Shown: piece by piece, positions 8,837-18,288 of the stretch
How positions within the stretch are numbered: the first letter of the stretch is position 1
Layout of the letters: each line of letters starts with the position of its first letter
NCBI GenBank assembly: GCA_965208675.1
Contig: OZ242351.1
Location: forward strand, 2,816,001 to 2,880,000
Source of the DNA: Candidatus Poribacteria bacterium
GTDB lineage: Bacteria; Poribacteria; WGA-4E; PCPOR2b
DNA length: 64,000 nt
Direction of reading: 5' to 3'
Translations under genes and position numbers: made by a program
The notes under the pieces: model-generated
The model's database searches: none
What the model was told of the DNA's origin: nothing
The model's input: the letters and a program-made list of their open reading frames with translations, nothing else

Positions 8837-10348
8837 ATGCCTCAAACACTCAAACTACATGGGCGCCTGTTGGTCAAAAATACGAGCCTAAACTTTGGGG
8901 CGAAGGTACTGCCCCTAGTTGTGATGGGGGTCACGATTCCGTATGTAGTTGAAGGTTTGGGTGCGGCGCGTTACGGGGTTTTTACGCTAATCTGGGCTGT
9001 CATAGGTTATTTCAGCGTCCTTGATTTGGGATTGGGGAAAGCAACCGCAAAGAAGGTAGCGGAAGCGCTGGGTAGAGGGGAAAGCGCCGCGATTCCCGCT
9101 ATCGCGTGGACGGCTGTTCTTCTTACACTGGGTTTAGGGTTAATTGCAAGCTTCACCCTTATGGCATTCACATCGCTTCTGGTGAACAATGTCTTTCAGG
9201 TGAATGCCAATTTTAGCGAAGAGACCCAACAGGTCTTCTACCTTGCTGCCGTCGGTCTGCTCATCGCACTGGTCAAATCTGCGCTTACCGGAGTGTTAGA
9301 GGCGCATCAGCGGTTCGATTTAATCAATCTGGTGGGCGTTCCTTCAAGCTTGCTTTCCGCGGTTATTCCTCCGTTTGTTCTTTATGCGGATGGTGGATTG
9401 CCCGCTATTGTTATTCTACTCGTCATCAAAAACGGTTTCGAGTTATTCGTCTTGTCCTTCCTCTGGTTGAAGGTGTTGCCGTCCGGAGACCGCTTCTTTG
9501 CGCTAGATATGAAAATGAGCCCCGCTCTTTTTTCGTTTGGCGGGTGGTTGACGCTGCACAACGTCGCGAGTTATATTTTACATTACGTTGAGCGATTCCT
9601 AATTGGCGCGCTCTTGACAGTAACAGCAGTCACCTACTACAGCGTTCCTTTCACCCTCATCAGTGCGTTGACAGTTCTTCCTTCGAGCCTGATGCCTGTC
9701 CTCTTTCCCGCTTTTAGCGCCCTTCACCATTCAGATGTCACGAAATTAGAGAATCTTTTCCGGCAGGCGCTGAAATATCTCGTCGTATTGATGGGGCTAG
9801 CGGCGTTGTTTCTGATGATATTTTCGGAGGAAATCTTGGTGTTGTGGATTGGCGAGGAGGGTATCAGAAGCGTCTATGTACTTCAGTTCCTCGCTGCGGG
9901 ATACGTGCTCTCGGTTGTTTCATGGTATTTCAGCACGTTCTTGCAAGGGACGGGTTATATTAAAGCGGTGACGGCAATTGCACTGGCACTCTTGGTTTTT
10001 CAGATTCCATTCTCATGGGCGTTAATCACAGGGTGGGGAATTGAGGGCGCGGCTTTGGCATTCACATTTAGTCGGGCGCTGGTGGTTTTGGTATTCTACT
10101 GTATCGCTCGAAGGTTAAATCTGATTCGTCCTTTGCAGGTTTCCATCGGCAAACTGGCAACGCTCACCTGCGGATTTCTAATCATCATTTCAGCGACATT
10201 GCTGCTCAAAAAAGTTGTAGGTATCCTCCCGTGGTCTATCATCTTGAGCGCCCCCGTGTTCATTGCGAGCACCCTCCTTTTCGGCTGGCGTGCCATTCTC
10301 ACCCATGAGGATAAGCGCATGGTGTTGCAGTCGGTAAAGCGAGTATGA
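8837..10348 (+). CDS. wzx: Wzx-type polysaccharide flippase
   Basis: About 12-14 hydrophobic segments. 'LGA.RYG', 'DLGLG' and 'VLFPAFS' PST-family motifs. Confidence 0.85.
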   Translation: MPQTLKLHGRLLVKNTSLNFGAKVLPLVVMGVTIPYVVEGLGAARYGVFTLIWAVIGYFSVLDLGLGKATAKKVAEALGRGESAAIPAIAWTAVLLTLGLGLIASFTLMAFTSLLVNNVFQVNANFSEETQQVFYLAAVGLLIALVKSALTGVLEAHQRFDLINLVGVPSSLLSAVIPPFVLYADGGLPAIVILLVIKNGFELFVLSFLWLKVLPSGDRFFALDMKMSPALFSFGGWLTLHNVASYILHYVERFLIGALLTVTAVTYYSVPFTLISALTVLPSSLMPVLFPAFSALHHSDVTKLENLFRQALKYLVVLMGLAALFLMIFSEEILVLWIGEEGIRSVYVLQFLAAGYVLSVVSWYFSTFLQGTGYIKAVTAIALALLVFQIPFSWALITGWGIEGAALAFTFSRALVVLVFYCIARRLNLIRPLQVSIGKLATLTCGFLIIISATLLLKKVVGILPWSIILSAPVFIASTLLFGWRAILTHEDKRMVLQSVKRV

Positions 10349-10554
10349 CACATTTCAGTTCTGGCCGCGGAACTAGGACCTGAATTGGACGGGACGGAAC
10401 GATGGAAGGCATCCCACTTTTAGGCAGAAAAGCCCATTCGCCAGCTCGGAAAACGTCTTTTGCCTCGTAGAAGTACCAGCCAAGGACAAGGTGTATGGGA
10501 GGGAATACCAATTTATTTCAGGTATTCCCGCTTCATTTATCTTGATTTTTAACT

Positions 10555-11226
10555 TCATGCCGATGCGGCTTCCCGCAATCCATTTATCGCCTCTTTAACG
10601 TTATCGCTGCGGAAAATTGCCGTGCCTGCAACTAAAATTGTTGCCCCGCGGCTTCCCACCAAACGAGCAGTATCGAGCGTGATTCCTCCGTCAACCTCAA
10701 TCTCAATACTAGTGTTCCGTGCTCGAACAAGTTGCTGCAACCGATCCAGTTTTTCGAGGGTGTTCATCATGAACGATTGACCGCTAAAGCCAGGGTCAAC
10801 GCTCATGGGCAGAACAAGATCCAAATCGGCAAGGTACGGTTCAACCGAAGATATCGGTGTTGAAGGGCGTAGCGCGATGCCCGCCCGTATCCCACGTGTC
10901 TTAATCTGATCAATCACCTTCTGGATGGGAAAATCAATTTCGAGATGAAACGTGATGAACTCCGCGCCGGCGTCCGCGAATACATCAATGTAATCTTGAG
11001 GATGCGTAATCATCAAATGCACATCGAAAGGGAGATTGGTATAATGCCTAATGGATTTGATGAGTTGCGGTCCCATCGTCAAATTGGGAGTGAAATGGCC
11101 ATCCATAACATCAAGGTGGATAAGATCAGCGCCCGCCGCAACGATTTTGCTAACTTCCTCACCCATCCGGCTGAAATCCGCTGATAGCATCGACGGGGCA
11201 ATCTTGATTTTTTTTTCGGTCACCAC
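10555..11226 (-). CDS. rpe: Ribulose-phosphate 3-epimerase
   Basis: 'IAPSMLSADF', 'HLDVMDGHF.PN', 'MSV.PGF.GQ' and 'EVDGG'. Confidence 0.97.
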   Translation of the reverse strand: MVTEKKIKIAPSMLSADFSRMGEEVSKIVAAGADLIHLDVMDGHFTPNLTMGPQLIKSIRHYTNLPFDVHLMITHPQDYIDVFADAGAEFITFHLEIDFPIQKVIDQIKTRGIRAGIALRPSTPISSVEPYLADLDLVLPMSVDPGFSGQSFMMNTLEKLDRLQQLVRARNTSIEIEVDGGITLDTARLVGSRGATILVAGTAIFRSDNVKEAINGLREAASA

Positions 11227-12197
11227 AGTTCTTTCCTCACTACTTCATTATTATCTTCATAGACAATCATCGTCGCTTCGCCGAGGACTTTATACGGCTG
11301 AGAAATCTGAAACCCGGCTTGGTAGCGGTTATCAATCACTCTTTTTCTTCCGCGGTCGTCTACCACAAAAATGGTCACCTTTTTCGAAGCGGCAGTCGTC
11401 GAGGACACTTCGTGTTTAATGACGACGAATTCCCCTTTTTTTTCCGATCCTATCAGTGAGCCGCTAATCACGAGATCAACAACCTGACCCACTGGAATCA
11501 GCGTGCCCGCGTCCGGTTGATGGCTGATAATCAACCCTTGATTAATTTCTGCATGCAGCGCGTAATTTTCTACTCCAATTTTAAGGCTGTGCGATTCAAG
11601 TAAATTACGAACTTCATCAAGACCCATACGGCGTAAATCCGGCATACGCAAAATTTTTGGACGCGGCCCCGAACTTAACAGCAGATTCACTAGAGTTCCG
11701 CGCACATGCGCGGCGCCGGCTTGCGGCGTTTGCGCAATCACCGTATTGACTTCAGGATAGCGGTCCGAATGCACAACCGCAACGCGCCCACGGCGAAATC
11801 CGGCGTCTTTGAGGATTCTTTCCCCGTCCTCGAAGGATTGATTGACAACATCAGGCACCGAAATACTCTCGTTGCCTACACTCAAAGTCAGTCGAACCGG
11901 CTTCTTGCGTTTCACTTTGAAGTCGGCGAGGGGTTCTTGTGCGATTACATGGCCTTCCGGAATCACATCGCTCGGTTTCTGTTCAAGTTCTGGATCGAGT
12001 TGTAATCCTGCATTGTAAACCATCTGAATGGCTTGTTGATGGCTCTGACTTATCAGATTAGGAACTGCAACCTCGCCGCCCTGAACCAAACTAGGAATAA
12101 CGACGAACAACAAGACCAGTCCAACAATGCAAACAACTGTTAGGCTAAAAAAAGCAACTTTGATTATCGCAAAGAAAACGGCATTTAGGTTCATCAT
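11220..12197 (-). CDS. Membrane-anchored PASTA-domain protein (three PASTA repeats, no kinase domain)
   Basis: N-terminal TM helix and three 'VP.(L/V)...G.VI.Q.P..G..V' repeats. Conserved position upstream of rpe. Confidence 0.88.
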   Translation of the reverse strand: MMNLNAVFFAIIKVAFFSLTVVCIVGLVLLFVVIPSLVQGGEVAVPNLISQSHQQAIQMVYNAGLQLDPELEQKPSDVIPEGHVIAQEPLADFKVKRKKPVRLTLSVGNESISVPDVVNQSFEDGERILKDAGFRRGRVAVVHSDRYPEVNTVIAQTPQAGAAHVRGTLVNLLLSSGPRPKILRMPDLRRMGLDEVRNLLESHSLKIGVENYALHAEINQGLIISHQPDAGTLIPVGQVVDLVISGSLIGSEKKGEFVVIKHEVSSTTAASKKVTIFVVDDRGRKRVIDNRYQAGFQISQPYKVLGEATMIVYEDNNEVVRKELW

Positions 12198-12257
12198 TTT
12201 AGTCCGTTTAAACGTCCGAAGGTAGAGTGGGAAAGTTTTAGATGCCTATCGCAGTTA

Positions 12258-12432
12258 CTATTCGTTCTTTTGAGGTTGTACCTGCTCGTCAGTTAGAACT
12301 ACTTACCTGGCTATTCGCTCGGTTGAGATTGTACCTGCCTATCGGTTAAAACTATCGCCCTCGCTATTCACTCGGTTGAAATTGTACCTGCTTATCGGTT
12401 AAAACTATCGCCCTCGCTATTCACTCGGTTGA
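12258..12432. repeat. 53-bp tandem repeat, about 3.3 copies, including the fmt 3' end
   Basis: Units start at 12258, 12311, 12364 and 12417 (CTATTC.CTCGGTTGA.ATTGTACCTGC.TATCGGTTAAAACTATCGCCCTCG). Confidence 0.92.
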
Positions 12433-13376
12433 TCCCTACGGAGCAATCGATCTCCAGTTTTCAATCGATGACCGTTAATAAAATCGCAACCACTTATTTT
12501 TCGTCTGTTTGCAGGTTGTACACGATCCAGCCGCACCGCTCGCTGTCCCGCAACCACAATGAGCTCCATTTCAGGCGTAATCTGGATTGTACCCGGCGGA
12601 TAATCTGAGGAATTCGTACAATCGACAGCAGCACAGTCGATTATCTTCAAGCGAAGGTTATCCCCCAGATAGGTGTATGCGCTGGGCCAAACAGCGGTAC
12701 CACGCACTAGATTGCAAATTTCGTCCGCGGATTTTTCCCAGTCAATCTGCCCAATCTCTTTTGTCAGTCGAGGCGCTTGCGTCGCTTCCGCGTGGTCCTG
12801 CGGCGAATGAGGCGGAGGAACATCTGATGCGTTTTTCAAGGCTTGAATTAACAAGGGAGCGGCTAAACGTGCCAAGCGGTTGGAGAGGGTCGCGGCTGTA
12901 TCTTGAGGGTCAATTTTCACCCGCTTTTGTAGAATAATGTCCCCGGTATCCGCCCCTTCATCAAGCAGCATTATAGTCACTCCTGTCTCCGTCTCCCCAT
13001 TGATTAGCGCCCATTGAATTGGCGCAGCGCCGCGGTATTTGGGAAGTAGAGACGGATGCAAGTTTATGCATCCACAAGGTGGGATAGCTAACACCGATTT
13101 GGGCAGCAATTGACCGAATGCGGCAACTACAATAGCCGTCGGTCTAAGTTTTTTCAAAACTCGAATGAACTCACGATTTCGCACTTTCACAGGTTGATAT
13201 ACCGGCAAATTGTGCGCAGCGGCAATAATCTTGACGGGCGGCGGCGTGAGCCGCTTGCCTCTGCCGCTGGGTTTATCCGGTTGGGTCACGACACCGACGA
13301 TATTGAAGTTTTCAGCGATTAGCTGTTCCAGGCTAGGAATAGCAAATTCGCTCGTCCCCATGAAAACGATTCTCAT
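12417..13376 (-). CDS. fmt: Methionyl-tRNA formyltransferase
   Basis: 'RIVFMGT.EFA', 'VVTQPDKP.GRG' and 'NLHPSLLPKYRGAAPIQ'. Confidence 0.97.
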   Translation of the reverse strand: MRIVFMGTSEFAIPSLEQLIAENFNIVGVVTQPDKPSGRGKRLTPPPVKIIAAAHNLPVYQPVKVRNREFIRVLKKLRPTAIVVAAFGQLLPKSVLAIPPCGCINLHPSLLPKYRGAAPIQWALINGETETGVTIMLLDEGADTGDIILQKRVKIDPQDTAATLSNRLARLAAPLLIQALKNASDVPPPHSPQDHAEATQAPRLTKEIGQIDWEKSADEICNLVRGTAVWPSAYTYLGDNLRLKIIDCAAVDCTNSSDYPPGTIQITPEMELIVVAGQRAVRLDRVQPANRRKISGCDFINGHRLKTGDRLLRRDQPSE

Positions 13377-13426
13377 TTTTCAATAGCGCTGTGCTTTCGC
13401 TCAGTCGTCCCTATTCGGTCGGCTGA

Positions 13427-13942
13427 TCATTCACTATTTGTTCGCTTAATCCTTTCAGGTTGAGTTTCGAGCAACTCCTGATCCTCAAGAATCAATCGGT
13501 CAATGAACAGAACCCCGTCAAGATGATCGATTTCATGCTGTAAGACTCGCGCCATTAACCCGCTCGCTTCAAATTCGACTTCATCCGTGTTCAGAAGCAG
13601 GCCCTTAACCGTTACATCCATGGCACGCCTCACAATGCCCCTGTAACCGGGCAAACTCAAGCACCCTTCCTCTCCCAGTTCCTCACCTTGCGCACGCGTA
13701 ATTACAGGATTAATCAGCGCAATTGGCGGAATTTCAGGGTGATAGTCATTGATGTCGATGGCAATAATCCTATTGGAAACACCTACCTGCGGCGCAGCCA
13801 AACCGATGCCTTGAGCTGACCGCATGGTCTCAAACATATCCTGAACCAGTTTAGAAATATTCGCGGAAATTTGTTCGACGGGCGAGGCCTTCTCACGTAA
13901 AATAGGTGTGTTCTCACCGACCTCAATATTCAAAACCGCCAT
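13427..13942 (-). CDS. def: Peptide deformylase
   Basis: GIGLAAPQ, EGCLS and QHEIDHLDG motifs. Start reassigned to MAVLNIE at 13942. Confidence 0.96.
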   Translation of the reverse strand: MAVLNIEVGENTPILREKASPVEQISANISKLVQDMFETMRSAQGIGLAAPQVGVSNRIIAIDINDYHPEIPPIALINPVITRAQGEELGEEGCLSLPGYRGIVRRAMDVTVKGLLLNTDEVEFEASGLMARVLQHEIDHLDGVLFIDRLILEDQELLETQPERIKRTNSE

Positions 13943-14019
13943 AGCTTGTTTTGTAGCGTTTAAGCAGATAAGCCAATTCCAATTGATTATGGCACTATCG
14001 GTTATAATTGGCAAAACAG

Positions 14020-14517
14020 CTAAAATCGAATGTGGACCAACGGAACAAAAAGACCCTGCGAATCTTCCAATTCCCATTCGTTCTCACTGACTTTTTCCGG
14101 TGTCGGTACGGAGGGTGGTGACGTTGGAATGAGCTGCTCGGACAAGTTTTTATCGCGTGTATGAAGCCAATCCCAGAAACCAATGAAGAGTGCGAGTGAC
14201 GCGGCTGACGCACCCATAATTTTAAAGTCCAGGCTGTCAAGGTCAGGTGCAACTTTGTTTTGCCGAATCATTTCAACGCCGCGCACAGCAAGAAAACTAT
14301 GAATTGCTGTAAATGGTAGTGAAACGAGTGTCACAATCTCAAATCGCCGCAATGCGCTCTCTTGATAGACTTCTCTTTCCTGGGCTTTGCCCTGTCCTCT
14401 GCGCAGCGGCGTCCTTTCCCCCGACGAATTTTGAGATTGGCCATAGGAATTTCCCGACGCCAACGACGCAATTATTAGAACGGACAACAGTTTAACTTTC
14501 ACTTTGTTTGCGATCAT
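14020..14517 (-). CDS. Hypothetical exported/membrane protein
   Basis: Signal-peptide-like N-terminus and two hydrophobic segments. Overlaps the lspA end in an operon-like arrangement. Confidence 0.65.
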   Translation of the reverse strand: MIANKVKVKLLSVLIIASLASGNSYGQSQNSSGERTPLRRGQGKAQEREVYQESALRRFEIVTLVSLPFTAIHSFLAVRGVEMIRQNKVAPDLDSLDFKIMGASAASLALFIGFWDWLHTRDKNLSEQLIPTSPPSVPTPEKVSENEWELEDSQGLFVPLVHIRF

Positions 14518-15001
14518 CGTAATCTCCTCGATGACGAAGCAGGTGAATCATAAGCATTCCCGCCCCGACACAGACTGCCACATCGGCAAGGTTAAATGTT
14601 GGCCACCAAAAATTCGGCAGCAATCTAAACCGAAGGAAATCTGTGACCTCGCCGTGGCGAATTCGATCCAAAAAATTTCCGAGCGCCCCGCCTAGCAGGA
14701 CGCTGAGGGCAATTCTCATCCACAAACTGTGCAGGTATTGCTTGTAATAGACAAAAATAAAGCCGATAGCAACGATTGTTATTATCGTAAGAATCAAATT
14801 TTGCCCGCGCATCAGTCCGAAGGCAGCACCGGTGTTTGTGGTATAGCTAAGTTCAAATATCCCTTCAATGACAACAATAACCTGTGGATTGCGCGGTACA
14901 ATGATTTCTTGGACCAACCATTTGGTCAACTGATCTGCGGCGAGCACGAGAGAGGTAATCCCGAATAACGGAAGAAACAGCTTGATTTGGCCCCTAAACA
15001 T
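14492..15001 (-). CDS. lspA: Lipoprotein signal peptidase II
   Basis: 'DQLTK', 'NTGAAFG', 'GGALGNFLDR', 'VTDF' and 'FNLAD'. Confidence 0.96.
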   Translation of the reverse strand: MFRGQIKLFLPLFGITSLVLAADQLTKWLVQEIIVPRNPQVIVVIEGIFELSYTTNTGAAFGLMRGQNLILTIITIVAIGFIFVYYKQYLHSLWMRIALSVLLGGALGNFLDRIRHGEVTDFLRFRLLPNFWWPTFNLADVAVCVGAGMLMIHLLRHRGDYDDRKQSES

Positions 15002-15072
15002 GGTTAACTTTCCCTAAGCACCAGATTGATGCGGTTTCAGTTGGTTGCGCATTAAACGCGCCGCGATTAAAA

Positions 15073-15375
15073 TTAACTGCCCCGCATTGCATGAATTGTA
15101 TCGAGAGTATATGCCTCATAGGGGGTCTCCAATAGATCTGCTAACTGATCGAATTCACTTGCATCTTCCGCCTGTTTGACCATTGCCTCGTGCGATTCAG
15201 CGGATTCCCATTCCTCAATCTCAAATATGTGATGTTGTTGTGCCTGATCTTGAAGCAGTGAAATTCGCTTACAACCTGCGTCAAGCAACATAGGTTGTAA
15301 ATCGGTCAAAAAATCCAATAGGGCATCGATTTTGTCCAGCTTAGCTTGGTAACGGACGATAACCGTAACGCTCAT
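15073..15375 (-). CDS. Antibiotic biosynthesis monooxygenase (ABM)-like protein
   Basis: 100 aa from MSVTVIV, with 'GC....L' and 'IEEWESAESH' ABM pattern. Confidence 0.7.
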   Translation of the reverse strand: MSVTVIVRYQAKLDKIDALLDFLTDLQPMLLDAGCKRISLLQDQAQQHHIFEIEEWESAESHEAMVKQAEDASEFDQLADLLETPYEAYTLDTIHAMRGS

Positions 15376-15547
15376 CACGATTCTCCGAATGTGCTGTATA
15401 TCGGGCGATTGGCATTTCGGCCGACAAACCAATAACAAAATTCAATCGTGGTGTAACTTTATGTATCCAAGGCACCTGCGATTCTTCTAATTTTTTTCTT
15501 GGTTTAATGGGTCGCGCGAATCGATAAATCTGAATCAATTCCAAGTA

Positions 15548-15814
15548 TTAAAATGCCGCGTTCACGAAATTTTGTAGTACGGTCAACAGAAGAATTAGAA
15601 CGATTGGCGAGATGTCGAACGGAACATTGCCCATTAACGGTCTGAGTAACTGGCGGATTGGATCTAAAAGTGGACCTACCAACTGCTCTGTTGTCCAATA
15701 GAATCTCCGAATCGTCATATTCGGGTTGCCAATATGCACCAACCAAGACAAAATCACGTTGGCAACCACAATCAGTGTATAGATTCCAATCAATTTGCTC
15801 AATATCCAACCCAT
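15548..15814 (-). CDS. yggT: YggT family membrane protein
   Basis: 'ILSW', 'PLL.PIRQLL' and 'DISPI'. Follows yggS-proC. Confidence 0.9.
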   Translation of the reverse strand: MGWILSKLIGIYTLIVVANVILSWLVHIGNPNMTIRRFYWTTEQLVGPLLDPIRQLLRPLMGNVPFDISPIVLILLLTVLQNFVNAAF

Positions 15815-15839
15815 ATTCTCGGTTCCTTGTCGGTAGTTT

Positions 15840-16649
15840 TTATTTCGCTAGTGCCTCTGCACGCTTGGTCGCTGCAATAACCGCATCAGCAACTATCGCC
15901 CGCAGGCGTCCACGCTCCAGTTCGTACAGTCCCGCCGCCGTAGTTCCGCCCGGCGTAGTCACAAGGTTTTTCAGCACCGCAGGATGTTCTTCAGTCTTCT
16001 CCAACATCTTGCTCGCCCCAAGCACCGTTTGCACTGCAAGTTGAAATGCATCCGTTCGGGTTAATCCAACCTGCACACCAGCGTCCGCGAGCGCTTCAAT
16101 AAACAGGAAGACAAACGCAGGGCCGCTGCCGCTTAAACCGGTAACAGCGTTAAGATAGGTGTCGTCCCTGATAAACGACTTGCCTACAGTATCAAAAATA
16201 GCCTGTGTTAGCGTAAGATGGTTGTCAGTGGCGGCGCTGCCCCCGGCAATGACCGAGACTGCGGCGCCAACAGAAATCGTGATGTTTGGCATCACGCGAA
16301 CGATTGGTGCGGGAGGAGAAAAATAGGATTCCAATTTAACTGCAGGTACGCCTGCTGCGATCGAGATTAGCCATTGATGCGCACTAATTGAAGCTGCGAT
16401 TTCCGGAAAAATTTCTGGCACATTATTCGGCTTGGCTGCATACAAAATGCAGTCAACGTTCTCAACTAGTTGAGAGACATCCGCCGCGCGGTTAACGCCC
16501 AATTCTTCGCACAACTCATCTACGGGTGGTTTGTAAATATCCGTAATCCAAATCTGTGCCGCTGTTAATAAATCGCCCGCCACTCCTCTAACGATTGCAC
16601 TTCCCATGCTGCCGACACCTATGGCGCCCAATCGAAGTGTCCTATCCAA
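15840..16649 (-). CDS. proC: Pyrroline-5-carboxylate reductase
   Basis: 'IG.G.MG', 'VRVMPN', 'TGLSGSGPA' and 'VTTPGGTT'. Confidence 0.96.
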   Translation of the reverse strand: MDRTLRLGAIGVGSMGSAIVRGVAGDLLTAAQIWITDIYKPPVDELCEELGVNRAADVSQLVENVDCILYAAKPNNVPEIFPEIAASISAHQWLISIAAGVPAVKLESYFSPPAPIVRVMPNITISVGAAVSVIAGGSAATDNHLTLTQAIFDTVGKSFIRDDTYLNAVTGLSGSGPAFVFLFIEALADAGVQVGLTRTDAFQLAVQTVLGASKMLEKTEEHPAVLKNLVTTPGGTTAAGLYELERGRLRAIVADAVIAATKRAEALAK

Positions 16650-16665
16650 AGTCTATACTCCTTTC

Positions 16666-17355
16666 CTACACCCGTTTGCCGAAAATAGCTGCGCCGATTC
16701 GGATAACATTCGCTCCTTCTTCGACAGCAACTTCAAAATCGTGCGACATACCCATCGAAAGGTACGCCATGTCAACCCCATCGAACTGCTGCGATTTAAC
16801 CTGTTCCTGAAGCCGCCTTAACAATGCGAACGAAGGACGTACCGCTTCCACATTCGGTGCAAACGGCCCGATTGTCATCAGTCCTTTGATCCGGACATGT
16901 CTATAATCTAGGGCGCTTTCGATGAAGCTGAGTACCTGTTCCGGCTGAACGCCGTATTTACTCGACTCGCCCGATGTGTTGACCTGAACCAACACGTCGG
17001 TCTGGCAATTCAACCCAGCGGATCGACGATTTATTTCATCAAGGAGACGCAGGCTATCCACCGAGTGAATCAAATCGAAAAACCGTAATGCCGCTTTGAC
17101 CTTGTTTCTTTGTAAATGCCCAACAAAATGCCACTTCACCGGCCGGTCAATCTGGCCATATTTGGCTTTGGCTTCTTGAAGTTGGTTTTCGCCAATCTCC
17201 GTAACGCCGGCGTCAATCGCTTCTAAAATGAGAGAAGCTGGTTTGGTTTTGGACACGGCGACAAGGCGTACCGCTTCGGGGTCGCGACCAGCGCGATCGG
17301 CTGCAGCAGCAACTCGGTCCCGGACTTGCTTTAAATTTTCATGAATGGAAGCCAA
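16666..17355 (-). CDS. yggS: PLP homeostasis protein YggS/PLPBP
   Basis: 'LVAVSKT', 'WHFVGHLQRNK', 'LSMGMS.DF' and 'RIG.AIFG'. Confidence 0.96.
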   Translation of the reverse strand: MASIHENLKQVRDRVAAAADRAGRDPEAVRLVAVSKTKPASLILEAIDAGVTEIGENQLQEAKAKYGQIDRPVKWHFVGHLQRNKVKAALRFFDLIHSVDSLRLLDEINRRSAGLNCQTDVLVQVNTSGESSKYGVQPEQVLSFIESALDYRHVRIKGLMTIGPFAPNVEAVRPSFALLRRLQEQVKSQQFDGVDMAYLSMGMSHDFEVAVEEGANVIRIGAAIFGKRV

Positions 17356-17541
17356 ACGATCACTACCCCTCCGCCCTGCAACACCTTAATGTTGGCAGTT
17401 GAACTTATTCCCACTGCGATGTTATACCTTTTGATTAAGGGGTAAATCAATCGAACAAATAGTGAATGATCGACCAAATGGAGGAGAACGACAGTCTGCC
17501 CTGCGCGCTCAATCGTGTTGTTCCGTATTTTTCGAACGGGG

Positions 17542-18288
17542 TCAATCAGAGGACGCCTCATCAGGTAGGGAAGGTGGAACATAGAGAATACGTTGACAAC
17601 TTCCACATCGGATTATCTGTTCGTTCTTACGAGCCTGCTGTAACGTCTGAGGCGGAACTCTGAGATGGCAACTGCCGCACGCATTGTCTACAACCAACGA
17701 AATCAGCCCTGTGCCTTGACGTTTGAACCATTCCTGATAACGGTTTATTAAATCGGGATGGATTTTCGGCTGAAAATTAAGACGCTTTTCTTGATAGTCT
17801 GCAATTTGTGATTTGAGGTCATCCGTTTCTTTTTCATATTCGGCTTTCTGCTCATTATTTTTCGCTTGCTCCCCGTCGAATGCCTTTTGTTGTTGATTCA
17901 GCTCTTCTTTGAGTTGGTCTATCAGTAGCATGATTTCTAAAATTTCATCTTCAATCTCCGCTTCTTTTCCCATGAGAAAACTAATCTCTTGATCCACCGC
18001 CTGATACTCTTTGTTGGTCTTAACCTCCCGTAATCGTGCCTGAGATTTTCGGCGTTGTTCTTGCTGCATCTCAAGCGCACCCGCTTTTGATCGTTGCTCC
18101 TTTTCCGCGTCCGCTAACTGTTTCTGCTTTTCTTCCAATTTCTGCTGGTATACGTGAATACTCTCCTCCAACCTTTTTATCTTGTTTGGAACCGACTTCA
18201 ATTTATCTTGAACCGCCAGAATTTCGGTGTCGGTCTGCTGCAGTTCAAATAAGAGCGGCAACTGTTCTTGTAAGTTAAAATTAAGCAT
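17542..18288 (-). CDS. Coiled-coil protein with C4 zinc ribbon (CT398/DUF164-like)
   Basis: Long heptad coiled coil with 'KTNKEY.A', then CGSC...CGSC.RILY. Confidence 0.9.
   Translation of the reverse strand: MLNFNLQEQLPLLFELQQTDTEILAVQDKLKSVPNKIKRLEESIHVYQQKLEEKQKQLADAEKEQRSKAGALEMQQEQRRKSQARLREVKTNKEYQAVDQEISFLMGKEAEIEDEILEIMLLIDQLKEELNQQQKAFDGEQAKNNEQKAEYEKETDDLKSQIADYQEKRLNFQPKIHPDLINRYQEWFKRQGTGLISLVVDNACGSCHLRVPPQTLQQARKNEQIIRCGSCQRILYVPPSLPDEASSD

Noticed and set aside
10373-10558. 61-aa ORF overlapping the rpe stop
   Set aside because: No recognisable motif or RBS, so it cannot be supported as a gene.
12258-12432. Possible mini-CRISPR array
   Set aside because: Whole 53-bp units repeat with no unique spacers, the unit includes fmt coding sequence, and no cas genes are present.
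17430-17449. FNR-like TTGAT...ATCAA
   Set aside because: The spacer is 10 bp, not the required 4.
17356-17541. rnpB or another ncRNA after the Zn-ribbon gene
   Set aside because: No GAGGAAAGTCC or other RNase P signature, and the gap is too short.
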